Source: Candidatus Cloacimonadales bacterium
GTDB lineage: Bacteria; Cloacimonadota; Cloacimonadia; Cloacimonadales; JAIOQZ01
Length of the DNA: 64,000 bases
Assembly: GCA_963665815.1 (NCBI GenBank)
Contig: OY762463.1
Location: 2,208,001 to 2,272,000 of the forward strand
Direction of reading: 5' to 3'
The notes under the pieces are model-generated. The model ran no database searches and was not told where the DNA came from. It was given only the letters and a program-made list of their open reading frames with translations. The position numbers were made by a program, and so were the translations under genes. Below, piece after piece: positions 1 to 10,100 of the stretch (position 1 is the first letter of the stretch; every line of letters starts with the position of its first letter).

Positions 1-744
1 AATTACGCTACTCTTAAGACAATTGGTCTTCAAGGAGGGGTAGCAGTTGTCACAACTATTACTGCCTCAATCCTATTTTCTCTGCTTATTGCCAGATTTC
101 TGAAAGCAGATAAAGAATTAGCGCTGCTTATAGGTATTGGAAACGGTATCTGCGGATCTTCCGCAATTGCCGCCAGCTCTGAAGTCATTAAAGCAGATAG
201 AGTTAAGACAGCTGTCTCCATATCTGTAATAAATCTGCTGGGCGTTGTAGGCTTAGTACTTTATCCAATTGTGACCAGACTTGTGGGTATAAATGAAAAC
301 TCAGCCGGAATCATGTGCGGTGCCACCCTTCAGGCTGTAGGGCAAGCTACGGCTGCAGGCTTCGCAATCGGAACAGAAGCAGGTAAAGCAGCAGTTCTGG
401 TGAAAATGGCAAGAGTACTAATGCTTGGTCCGGTATTACTGCTGCTCAGCATAAAAAGCTCTTCAGGTAAATTCTCCTTGAAGAAAAGTGTTCCACTGTT
501 TATCGTAGTGTTTTTCCTGTTATCATTGATTTCGAATATTTTTGAGATTAATCCTGCAATACTCAAGACTGTAAAACATATTCAGAAGTATTCTCTATTG
601 ATTGCCATGAGTGCAGTCGGCTTGAACATTAAGCTCAGGGATATCTATTCAGTTGGAGTAAGAGGGCTGGTGAACGGGGCTTCAAGCTGGATTCTACAGA
701 TTGGAGTTGTTGCTCTTGTTCTGATGATTTTTAATTTAGTATGA
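1..744 (+). CDS. YeiH/putative sulfate exporter family membrane protein (5' truncated by window edge)
   Basis: Frame 1 is open from base 1. Motifs IGIGNGICGSSAIAA and VKMARVLMLGP; hydrophobic throughout. Confidence 0.85.
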   Translation, partial: NYATLKTIGLQGGVAVVTTITASILFSLLIARFLKADKELALLIGIGNGICGSSAIAASSEVIKADRVKTAVSISVINLLGVVGLVLYPIVTRLVGINENSAGIMCGATLQAVGQATAAGFAIGTEAGKAAVLVKMARVLMLGPVLLLLSIKSSSGKFSLKKSVPLFIVVFFLLSLISNIFEINPAILKTVKHIQKYSLLIAMSAVGLNIKLRDIYSVGVRGLVNGASSWILQIGVVALVLMIFNLV

Positions 745-747
745 AAT

Positions 748-775
748 AAAAAGCCCTGCAGAATTCTGCAAGGCT
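748..775. terminator. Imperfect hairpin between convergent genes
   Basis: AGCCCTGCAG-AATT-CTGCAAGGCT preceded by an A-tract. Confidence 0.5.
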
Positions 776-784
776 CATAAAATT

Positions 785-2566
785 CTAATTGTACAAACTC
801 ACTTTCTCATGGAAATGTATATCCGTTCCCATATCTTCTAGATTGTATTCCAATTCTTTTAACTCACTATTCCAGTGGATCGGGTTTCCGGTAAACGGAT
901 TCTTTATAGCAGAATCATTGAGATATTCCTGAATCTTATCTTCCTTAATCTTGTTCTTAAGGATATCTGCTTTCACTTTAAGCAAGTCTACAAAACCAGC
1001 AAGAGTCTGAAGTCTGGCAGCATAACTATCAAGCATATATCCCTGTGTAATCAGTTCTGCATTGAGAAATAAATATCTGACCTTATCTTTGTAAGATATA
1101 TTAATTTCAGGATGCTCTTCCCTTATCATTTCATAAAATCGTTTTTCATCCACCACTGATAATTCCTCAATTCTTTTGTAGAAATCATTCTTCAGATTGA
1201 TAAGAAAGTTCTCTTTTTGGAATATTGCGGAAAGAGACAGTAGAGTAAGTTTAAGAACTCCAGTTCTACCAGATATATAGGACAAGAAACTATAACGCTG
1301 AGTAAAAAATCTGGCTTCAAATTTCAGGGCTTTTTCCATTGATTTTTCTTTTGCAGTAAATTCAGGGATTGCCTGAACAGCGTCATAAAGTTCGTTTGTC
1401 ATTTTATAAGAAGCCATATCGGAATAAGTTGACAATACCATTGTGCTGCAAATCTGATAAATAAGTTTTCCCCTCATCCATGGAGTATTTTCCAGCATAT
1501 ACCTTACATCTTTATCACTTTTCTGTAAAATATCAACTGCTTTATCATAGTTACCATTGACATACTCAAGTCTGGCAACAGCCATCTTAAGTCTGTAATA
1601 ACTCACGAAATTCATTCTCTGAGGAAATAGTAAATTAGACTCTTTTACAATAGTAGGTTCAAATATTTTCTTAGAAACAATTGCATTAATCTGAGCATCC
1701 ATGAAAGCATACTTACTCTCCAGTTCTCTGATTCTTTTTTCATTTTGCTTGAGCGTCTTGAATTGATCTTCATCCCCGGATTTTATAATACCAATTTCTT
1801 CAGCTTCTTCAAGATCAAACATTGGAATCTCAGGTTTTACAGGCGGCGGTTTCATTTCGAAATTCCTCATACTTTCCATAGCATTTCTGTTGACAACGTC
1901 CACAAATTCTCTGCCTTCCATAAATTGGTCAGCCTCCGGATCTGCAGTAAAGCCAAAGCTATAATAAAAACCGTTTTCTTCCGGGTTTTTCTCATGGTAA
2001 TCGGAGACAAGCATAGATTTGGTATAGTCTGTCATTGGTTCATCGAAGAATAGCAAATATACATGGTATATCACAAATACAGCAATCAGCAATGACAGAA
2101 TATTGATTACTGCATTGAATGGTGTAGGTTTCTGCACAGCAGTTTCAGGATCATGCTCATAGTTTCTATATGTTACAATTGTACTTGCCATACAGTCATG
2201 GAGAGTCATTCTGTTCTTGCGGAATAGAGATGAGAAGAACCCTATAAACAAACTAAACCAGGACAAGACAAATCCAAAGCATCTTGCCAGAATCCTCAGA
2301 GAAGAAGCAGGTTCACCTGTCTTTGCATTTCGAATTACAAAACCGAATATCTTATATGCAGGAGATCCTTTAAACAAAACATTAAACATAAAGAAAAACA
2401 CTACAATTCCCCAGAATGAAGCAGTAACTGCAGCGGGAGCTTCGAATACAGGTAACCTTGTAATATATGCAAAGTAAATAATTAAGTACATTATTGCTGC
2501 AAATGCAATATCAAGTTCAAAAGCATTTAGTCTGGTTTTAAAACTAATATATTTTTTTGATTTCAT
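785..2566 (-). CDS. RDD-domain membrane protein fused to a large helical extracytoplasmic domain
   Basis: N-terminal RDD motifs (RLNAFELD, SPAYKIFGFVI, RMTLHDCMASTIV). Start moved to MKSKK, which follows a GGAGG RBS. Confidence 0.7.
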   Translation of the reverse strand: MKSKKYISFKTRLNAFELDIAFAAIMYLIIYFAYITRLPVFEAPAAVTASFWGIVVFFFMFNVLFKGSPAYKIFGFVIRNAKTGEPASSLRILARCFGFVLSWFSLFIGFFSSLFRKNRMTLHDCMASTIVTYRNYEHDPETAVQKPTPFNAVINILSLLIAVFVIYHVYLLFFDEPMTDYTKSMLVSDYHEKNPEENGFYYSFGFTADPEADQFMEGREFVDVVNRNAMESMRNFEMKPPPVKPEIPMFDLEEAEEIGIIKSGDEDQFKTLKQNEKRIRELESKYAFMDAQINAIVSKKIFEPTIVKESNLLFPQRMNFVSYYRLKMAVARLEYVNGNYDKAVDILQKSDKDVRYMLENTPWMRGKLIYQICSTMVLSTYSDMASYKMTNELYDAVQAIPEFTAKEKSMEKALKFEARFFTQRYSFLSYISGRTGVLKLTLLSLSAIFQKENFLINLKNDFYKRIEELSVVDEKRFYEMIREEHPEINISYKDKVRYLFLNAELITQGYMLDSYAARLQTLAGFVDLLKVKADILKNKIKEDKIQEYLNDSAIKNPFTGNPIHWNSELKELEYNLEDMGTDIHFHEKVSLYN

Positions 2567-2687
2567 TGAGCCTCCTTGTTTCTTCCATGACAGAATACAA
2601 TAGGTTATCAACTAATGTCAATACAAAAAAATCCAGTCATAACTAAAAGTTATAGACATTTTTTCCAGAATAATATTTTTTCATCAC

Positions 2688-3353
2688 ATGAATGTAAAAT
2701 CAATAAAGAAAATTGCAGTTACAGTTTCTATATCTATCGTTTCTGTTGTTATACTCTGCGCAGTTCTGATTATCTTATCTAACAGGGCTGTCAGGAAAGC
2801 GGCTGAGAACAAAGTTATGCAGAACGCTGGGGAACTACCCCACAAAACCGCAGCCTTAGTTCTTGGATGCACTCCGGAATACGGCAATCCTTATTTTATT
2901 CACAGGATTAAAGCTGCCAAGGATCTATATAACTCAGGGAAATGTGATTACTTGATAGTAAGCGGAGATAACAGTCGTAAAGAATATGATGAGCCAACTG
3001 CCATGAAAAATGCTCTGATTAGAGCCGGTATACCTGATTCTGCAATTTACAGAGACTATGCCGGTTTCAGAACACTCGACTCTATCGTAAGAGCTGATGC
3101 TATATTTTCTCAGGATGACATTATTATTGTCTCCCAGAGGTTTCATCTTGAAAGGGCTTTATTTATTGCGAAAACAAATAGTATTGAAGCAATTGGCTAT
3201 CCGGCTGAAGATGTATATTATGAAATTAACAAATACGTGTTTTTTCGTGAAAAACTGGCAAGAGTGAAAGCTGTCCTGGATGTTATGCTTGGTAAGAAAC
3301 CTAAATTCTTTGGTGAAAAGGTCATTCTGGGCACAGGAGATATTGAACCGTAA
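2688..3353 (+). CDS. sanA: SanA/ElyC (DUF218) family protein
   Basis: ALVLG, IVSGDN, YDEPTAMK, DYAGFRTLDSIVRA, SQRFHLERA, REKLARVKA and PKFFG motifs. Confidence 0.9.
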   Translation: MNVKSIKKIAVTVSISIVSVVILCAVLIILSNRAVRKAAENKVMQNAGELPHKTAALVLGCTPEYGNPYFIHRIKAAKDLYNSGKCDYLIVSGDNSRKEYDEPTAMKNALIRAGIPDSAIYRDYAGFRTLDSIVRADAIFSQDDIIIVSQRFHLERALFIAKTNSIEAIGYPAEDVYYEINKYVFFREKLARVKAVLDVMLGKKPKFFGEKVILGTGDIEP

Positions 3354-3422
3354 AGCAATATTACTTACTATAATATTTGACTAATAATTAATGTATAGAG
3401 AAATGGGTATAAAGGAGTATAT

Positions 3423-4001
3423 ATGAAAGGTATCAGAAATGTTTTTATTATCATTATCATGTTATCAATGTGTTTCAATATAATGGCAAGTGAAAAATCT
3501 CACATTAAAAATGCTAAAAAATTGATTGAAATGACATATCAAGGTGACTTTGGGAACAGTATGATTAAGCTATTTAAAGCTCAGCTTGATGAGCAGATGA
3601 GGCAACTGCGAACCATGTATAGTGATCAAAAAGCGTTTGACAAAGCATACAACAACTACATTGAGAAATGTGTTAAACAAATTAAAGAGGCTATATCACT
3701 TGACAACATCATTGATGAAATGGCAGAAATTTATGTTGCTGAATTCACAGAGAAGGAAATCAAAGATTTCATGAAGTTTTACAAATCAAAATCAGGTAAG
3801 AAATTTATCAAAACTATGCCAATCGTTACAGACAAGGCTATGACCATTGGTATGAAACAAGTGGAACCAATCCAGCCACAAATAATGAAGTATGCTGAGG
3901 AATTCCAGAATGATTTGCTGGTAATTCTTTCTCAACAAGTTGAAGAAATTGAGAAGGATTCAGAGGAGACTAATAAAGCGAATGAGAAAACAATAGAATA
4001 A
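3423..4001 (+). CDS. DUF2059 domain-containing exported protein
   Basis: Signal peptide; IYVAEFTEKEIKDFMKFYKSKSGKKF motif; AGGAG RBS. Confidence 0.75.
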   Translation: MKGIRNVFIIIIMLSMCFNIMASEKSHIKNAKKLIEMTYQGDFGNSMIKLFKAQLDEQMRQLRTMYSDQKAFDKAYNNYIEKCVKQIKEAISLDNIIDEMAEIYVAEFTEKEIKDFMKFYKSKSGKKFIKTMPIVTDKAMTIGMKQVEPIQPQIMKYAEEFQNDLLVILSQQVEEIEKDSEETNKANEKTIE

Positions 4002-4012
4002 TTTTCTTACAT

Positions 4013-4423
4013 TCAGCATAGATTCAGATCAACTATCTCTTGAGGGATTCGCATTGGACGATTCCTCTCAGGGTTAATAAGACACCATCTCGTTAAAGAC
4101 TTTACAAGCAGTTTGCCTGATCCTGCATTCCTAATCTCAACCGCCCTGTTGGATACAGATCCCTCAAAACTTTCCACAAATGTTTCTATGGTTAATATAT
4201 CACCCTCTACTGCCGGCTTTTTATATTCCACAAAATGACTGAGAACAAACCAGACATATCCCTTGTTATCGAGGAAATCTTCACAGTGAAGCCAGTGTTC
4301 TTCCGATATATCCTGTATCCACTGGACATACTTCACATTGTTTACATGATTATTGATATCCAGATCTTCTTGTGTTACTTGATATTCTTTGCAGTATCTT
4401 TTGATTAATTCATTATTACTCAT
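4013..4423 (-). CDS. Acyl-CoA/acyl-ACP thioesterase (hotdog fold)
   Basis: DLDINNHVNNVKYVQW motif and RPMRIP C-terminus. Start at MSNNE overlaps the upstream stop. Confidence 0.85.
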   Translation of the reverse strand: MSNNELIKRYCKEYQVTQEDLDINNHVNNVKYVQWIQDISEEHWLHCEDFLDNKGYVWFVLSHFVEYKKPAVEGDILTIETFVESFEGSVSNRAVEIRNAGSGKLLVKSLTRWCLINPERNRPMRIPQEIVDLNLC

Positions 4424-5882
4424 TAAAATTTCCATTCTTTTCAGATTCATTAAGAACATATACCGTTCCACGTCCGGCTCCATTTCTTAACAAGAATCCT
4501 TTGGCAACAAGCTCTTTGAGAATTTCCTTTGCTTTAGTATCTTTCAAATTGAAGAGTTCCTTGAAGCTCCTTTTAGTGAGTGATTCTTGTTTTTTGAAGT
4601 ATTCTGCTAGAATTCTTTCAATGTCTAATCGGTCGGAATCGGTCGGAATCGGTTGTAATCGGTCGGAATCGGTCGGAATCGGTCGGAATCGGTCGGAATC
4701 GGTCGGAAAGTGACTGTTTCCGTTTTCTGGCTTTCTATTCGTTGCTTCGGTATCCTTCCTATAGAATCTAACCCCTACAAAACTTCCTGTTTCTTCGATC
4801 AAGGGCTCCTTTAACTTCTCCATCAAGCAAAGAGATTTCATTCTTGAAATACCACTTCCCCATTGCTCAATATACCCCAATTCTTTAAAGACTCTTGCAA
4901 TCACACGGTTCCTGATCTCAGAGCGCCCATTCAAAATTTCTTCGTTCGTTAAACCATTTGGTAAAGGACCAGGCGAGACTACTTCAATTCTATCGTCATA
5001 TACAGCAACTTTGACATCCCTTCCGTGGTTCGAATAATCTCTATGAACAATTGCATTCACTATTGCTTCGCGTATAGCTACTTCAGGGATTTCATAACGA
5101 TCATTTCTCTGTAGACCGGAAATTTCAGCATTAAGATTGATATGATTTTTGACAAAATTGACACAATCTTCCAGTTGCTGAAACAAATCTCCTGCAAGCT
5201 CCTTCTTATCAATGAAAACAGTCATGTCTTTGCCCTTGAATCTGCTGCACTTTGTAACAACATTCTCAGGTTCACCAAGTAAAACTAGAAGTCCATTTGT
5301 AGGAAGGACTTTGTTTTTTGCTAATTTAATCAGTTTTAATGATAGTAACTTTTCATCAGTTAGTGTCTTATTCATTAAGTTGAATTTCTCTTCAAGTTTA
5401 CTCAGGTTCAAATTTGAAAACTCATATTCATAATTCACTTCCTCATCAAAAGAAACATTCTTTCTTTCCCTTTCAAGCTGCTTTATCATTTCATGATCAG
5501 CTCTCCTATTAGTAGCACCAATTCTCAGAAAAACACCATTATCAATTCCATCAAACTTAATAAAATAAGGTAAATTACTGCCCTTGAAAAATTCCACAAT
5601 CATTACTACTTTGTCGTCTATAGATGTAGTATAAATCTCAGGTCTAATAATTGGATAACAAGAATCAAATATAATAGAAACTATTCTATCCTGAAGTTTA
5701 AAAATATCCTCAGATACACCAATAATTTCTTTATCTTCTCTAACTCCTATCAACAGCCTTCCACCTGCAGTATTCGAGAAAGCAACTGCTGTTTTAGCAA
5801 TGTTCAAGTTTCCGGTAACTCTCTCTTTAAATTCAATTGTTTTGCTTTCACCTTTTTGAATCAACTCTTTCAAATTTCCCAT
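4416..5882 (-). CDS. AlbA_2 (Schlafen-like) + HATPase_c_4 + C-terminal winged HTH protein
   Basis: GESKTIEFKE, AFSNTAGGRLLIGV, AIREAIVNAIVHRDY, RNRVIARVF..LGYIEQWGSGI, GAGRGTVY. Confidence 0.88.
   Translation of the reverse strand: MGNLKELIQKGESKTIEFKERVTGNLNIAKTAVAFSNTAGGRLLIGVREDKEIIGVSEDIFKLQDRIVSIIFDSCYPIIRPEIYTTSIDDKVVMIVEFFKGSNLPYFIKFDGIDNGVFLRIGATNRRADHEMIKQLERERKNVSFDEEVNYEYEFSNLNLSKLEEKFNLMNKTLTDEKLLSLKLIKLAKNKVLPTNGLLVLLGEPENVVTKCSRFKGKDMTVFIDKKELAGDLFQQLEDCVNFVKNHINLNAEISGLQRNDRYEIPEVAIREAIVNAIVHRDYSNHGRDVKVAVYDDRIEVVSPGPLPNGLTNEEILNGRSEIRNRVIARVFKELGYIEQWGSGISRMKSLCLMEKLKEPLIEETGSFVGVRFYRKDTEATNRKPENGNSHFPTDSDRFRPIPTDSDRLQPIPTDSDRLDIERILAEYFKKQESLTKRSFKELFNLKDTKAKEILKELVAKGFLLRNGAGRGTVYVLNESEKNGNFNE
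4627..4708. repeat. Tandem 10-bp repeat (AATCGGTCGG) x8 inside CDS
   Basis: Eight consecutive units, the third being the variant AATCGGTTGT. Encodes PTDSDRFRPI-type repeats. Confidence 0.95.
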
Positions 5883-5997
5883 AATTCACCTTGGACTTCA
5901 TTTTTTTTACGTAGGCTTTGTATGTATTTCCACAAAAACTTAGAGCTTTATCAATGATTTTAGTCAAGCTTTATCCTGTAATCCTGTTTCACTTTCA

Positions 5998-6666
5998 TTA
6001 ATTAGCTTCACCTGTTTTCTTGAATATAACAAATGAGTAAACAACTGTAGACATTATTATTACGAATGCAGCAACTCCTGAGGTAATCATAACAATATCC
6101 GGAAGCTTTTTCATCAGACCTGTAACAAGAAATATTGCTCCGGCAATAACAAATGCTATTCCGCCAAATCTGTGAGTTCTCCTCCAGACATATTCCGAGG
6201 ATAATGTCCATGGCGTTTTTATTCCTATAAAGAAGTTTGACGGCAGCTTCGGCATTAGATTCCCAAGCATGACAAACATCACTCCTATAATGGCAAGGAT
6301 CAGATTCCTCTCTCCAAAAATCTCTGGATTTTTTGCCAGAAGTATAGAAACAATATGAATTAAAGCAAATAAAGCAGCTATTATGAATGCCACAGAAGGC
6401 AGCACTTTTTCAAATCTATCTTTTTGTTTCCTGAATCTGACAGAATAAAGAGGCATAAGATAAAGCATAAGAAACATGACTATATTGATTACCAGAAGCC
6501 CCAGAACACCAAATGTTTTTCCTGACCAGGAATCAACCTCACCTTTAAGGTTCCAGTGAGTTGGTATTTGCACGTTTTCTCCCAGAGTTAACCAGAAGTA
6601 TCCGCTGAAAGCGATATGTATAATCAGTAGCAGTATTACCCATTTATAGCTTAATAGGTTTTTCAT
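5998..6666 (-). CDS. sdpI: SdpI family immunity-type membrane protein (DUF1648 + SdpI)
   Basis: IPTHWNLKGEVD; GNLMPKLPSNFFIGIKTPWTLSSEYVWRRTHRFGG. Confidence 0.88.
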   Translation of the reverse strand: MKNLLSYKWVILLLIIHIAFSGYFWLTLGENVQIPTHWNLKGEVDSWSGKTFGVLGLLVINIVMFLMLYLMPLYSVRFRKQKDRFEKVLPSVAFIIAALFALIHIVSILLAKNPEIFGERNLILAIIGVMFVMLGNLMPKLPSNFFIGIKTPWTLSSEYVWRRTHRFGGIAFVIAGAIFLVTGLMKKLPDIVMITSGVAAFVIIMSTVVYSFVIFKKTGEAN

Positions 6667-6950
6667 TTTTCCTCCTGAGACTTTCCTTTATTTACAAAGT
6701 CGAAAAAATATGTTATCAAATCTTCAATTATTGAACTGTTAAGATAGTAATGTATATATTGACCCTTTTTCTCAGAATAAATCAGATCAGCATTTTTGAG
6801 TATCTTCAAGTGTTCGCTGATAGCCGGTTTTGAGATTGAGAATTCATCGGCAATCTCTCCGGCTGTCATTGTATCTTTTTCTTTCAGCAGATGAATAATC
6901 TTCCGCCTTCTCTGATCGGACAACGCCTTGAACAATCTGTCATCAAGCAT
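6663..6950 (-). CDS. sdpR: ArsR/SmtB-family autorepressor, SdpR-like
   Basis: FKALSDQRRRKII..L, MTAGEIADEFSISKPAISEHLKILKNADL. 4-bp overlap with the sdpI-like gene. Confidence 0.85.
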   Translation of the reverse strand: MLDDRLFKALSDQRRRKIIHLLKEKDTMTAGEIADEFSISKPAISEHLKILKNADLIYSEKKGQYIHYYLNSSIIEDLITYFFDFVNKGKSQEEK

Positions 6951-6964
6951 ACTCACTCCTTAAG

Positions 6965-7046
6965 TATTTAACTAATTGACTAAATAATATAATTCTAATT
7001 CGAGATGTCAAGATTTTTCTTAAATATTTAATTAATTGATTAAATA
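6965..7046 (-). promoter_or_regulatory. Two palindromic operators (TATTTA-N10-TAAATA) flanking a sigma-70 promoter
   Basis: Operators at 6965-6986 and 7025-7046. Minus-strand TTGACA (7006-7011), 16-nt spacer, TATTAT (6984-6989). Confidence 0.75.
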
Positions 7047-7109
7047 CTATTATAGTTGAAGCCTTTCTGGATAAAACTGACAGGCTGTGAGCGTATTATT
7101 GATTCGTTT

Positions 7110-10100
7110 TTAATCACCCTTATTTATAGATTCATAGATCATTTTACTGAGCTCAACTTCACTGAACGGTTTTTTGATGAATCCTGCAATTTCCGATTTT
7201 ATCTCAGCAAGATCTTCTTCTCTGGCAAATCCGGAACTGAACAAAACTTTAACATTCTGATCAAGCTCTTTCATTTTCCTGAGCGCTTCCAGACCATTCA
7301 TTTCCGGCATTACCATATCCAGAATAACAAGATCGATTTCTGATTGGTTTTCTCTGTATTTTTCCCAGGCATCCTTACCGTTTTCAGCAACAATCACCTT
7401 GTATCCCATTTGCTTAATCATTGCACCGGAAATAATCCTGATCACATTTTCATCATCAGCGAGTAATATTGTACCAGAGCCTTTTATGATTTCTTCATTT
7501 TTCTCCCCATTCAGGACTACAAAATCTGTCAAAGGCAGCATAATATGAAATACCGTACCTCTATTCACTTCACTGTAAACGGTTACTGCTCCATGATGAG
7601 ACTTGATTGTACCGTAAACCGTAGATAATCCCAATCCGGCACCTTTACCAACGTCTTTCGTTGTGTAAAAAGGTTCGAATACTTTTTGTAACTTATCTTC
7701 AGGAATTCCACATCCGGTATCACTCACTTCCAGTTCGATATACCTTCCGGGAGATATATCAGATAAGCTGTTTTTACAATATGCTTCGCTGAGTATTCTT
7801 ACATTGGATGAGATTTTAAGTTCTCCCCCATTCTCCATAGCATGACTTGCATTTATTCCGAGATTCATTACTACACTCTGCAATTGAGCACTATCTCCGA
7901 TAACTGTATATGTTTCAGCGTTCAGCTCTGTTTTGATTTTAATTTTCTTATCTATAGATCTTTTTAGAATATCAATTGAATCCAGAATAACTTCATGCAA
8001 ATCCGTAGTTTTGAAACTTACTTCTCCTTTTCTTCCGAACGCGAGAAGTTTAGATGTTAAGTCAGCAGCTCTGGAAGAGGTCTTTATAATCAAATCAATA
8101 TATTTAGTCTGTAACTCATTAAAATCAGAAGAGAATTTCAATAACTCTGCAGAACCCATGATTCCACTGAGCATATTATTGAAATCATGAGCAATTCCCC
8201 CTGTCAATTTTCCGATTGAATCCATTTTGCCTGCCTGTATCAGCTGCTGTTCCAGATTATACTTTTCTGTAACATCGTCAATTCTGACAACAGCACCAAT
8301 TCTGTCGTTCAGACTCAATGGATAAACGATGATATCCTCAATAACAGTTTTACCATTACGCTCAGCTTCGTTATTAGAAATAGTAAGAATTCTCCTCTCC
8401 TGTATACTTTTTTCGATTTTTGACAAATCGTTGAAAATATCAGGGAGAACTTCCGATATTGACCGACCTTCTGCATCCGGTACAGACAAATGGATCATAT
8501 CTGCAGCACTTGCATTCATCATACTTATATTCCCGGATTCATCCAGGCTGAATATAGCAGATGGCATTGAATTGATAATACTACTTAAATGGTTTTTAGC
8601 AGACTTTACACTTTCATTAGCCTTTTGAAGAACCACATTCATTTGCTCATGTTCGTCACTCAGTGACTTTATTGTATACTGACTTTTTATTCTGGCAAGC
8701 AGTTCAGATTTCGTTACAGGCTTTGTCAGATAGTCATTAGCTCCAACATCTAATCCTGTAACCAGATCTTCTATTCTGTTTTTAGCCGTCAGCATCATAA
8801 CGGGAAGTTTATGTGCAGGGAACTTCTCTCTCAGTCTCCTGCATACTTCGTAACCTGACATTTTAGGCATCATCACATCCAGTAAAACTATATCGAAAGG
8901 TGTATCATTGTTGAAAGAATCTTCTATTGACTTTAATGCGTCTTCTCCGTTATCTACTTTTACAACATTATAGTTCTGCATGGAAAGGTGATTAGTAAGT
9001 ACCTGTAGATTAACAGGTTCATCATCAACAATCAAAATATTGGGTTTGTAAGAAGATAATTCCACAGTTTTATCAGAGTCGACTTCTTTCTGGATAAGAT
9101 TATCATCGGATACATTGATTTTATTGAAGGAAATTTCAGATGCTTCCACATTCTCAGGAGCAGCAGGTAATGTAAAAATCATTGTTGTTCCATCCCCATA
9201 TTTTGATCTCACTGATATACTGCCATTATGCAGTTCAATCAACTGTTTGGTTATAGCCAGTCCAAGACCTGTTCCCCCATAAGTGCGTTCAGTTGAGCTG
9301 TCCACCTGTTCAAAAGATTTGAATATTGATTCCTGCTTATCCTCAGGAATACCAATACCTGTATCACTTACAGAAATTCTGACAAACTCATCCTCCAATA
9401 CAGCATCAATTACAATTAGTCCTTCTTCAGTGAATTTTACGGAATTACCAATAAGATTGTAAAAAATCTGCTGAATCCTGTTTTCATCTGCCAGTACAAG
9501 TCTGAAATCAGTGTCAATTCGGTTCAGGATTTCAACATTATCATTATTGTTAGAGCCTTTTATAATTGTTATAATCACATCAACAATTGAGTGCAGATTT
9601 ACAGGCTGTAGATCTAAGTTCAGCTCCTTATATTTCAGTTTGGAAAAATCCAGTATGTCATTTACAAGAGATGCCAGTCGTCTTCCGCTCAGAACAATCA
9701 TTCTGAGATTCTTTATTGCTACAGAGCTCATTTCTCCTGCAACTCCATCAATAAGGGATTCAGCCAGACCTATTATCCCATTAAGCGGAGTTCTCAATTC
9801 ATGAGATGTATTAGCCAGAAAATCATCTTTCAATCTATCAAGTTCTTTCAATCGTTCAGTTGTTTTCTTCTCTCTTAAAAACTTCTCTGTCTGCATCTTA
9901 TGATAAATCATCACAGATGTCATTATGACAACAGCATAGATAAGATATGCCCACCACCTAAGCCATGGAGGAGAAAGTACGTTTACTTCTATTGAAGTGC
10001 CTTCTTTATTCCAGACACCATCATTGTTAGAACCCTTCAATCTCAGAGTATAGTTTCCCGGAGGAATTCCGGCATAACGTCCATAGTTTCTGTTGCCTGA

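Noticed and set aside
4416-5882. Calling this gene the RecG helicase
   Set aside because: No helicase Walker/DExH motifs; only the AlbA_2/HATPase_c_4/HTH architecture that is often mislabelled RecG
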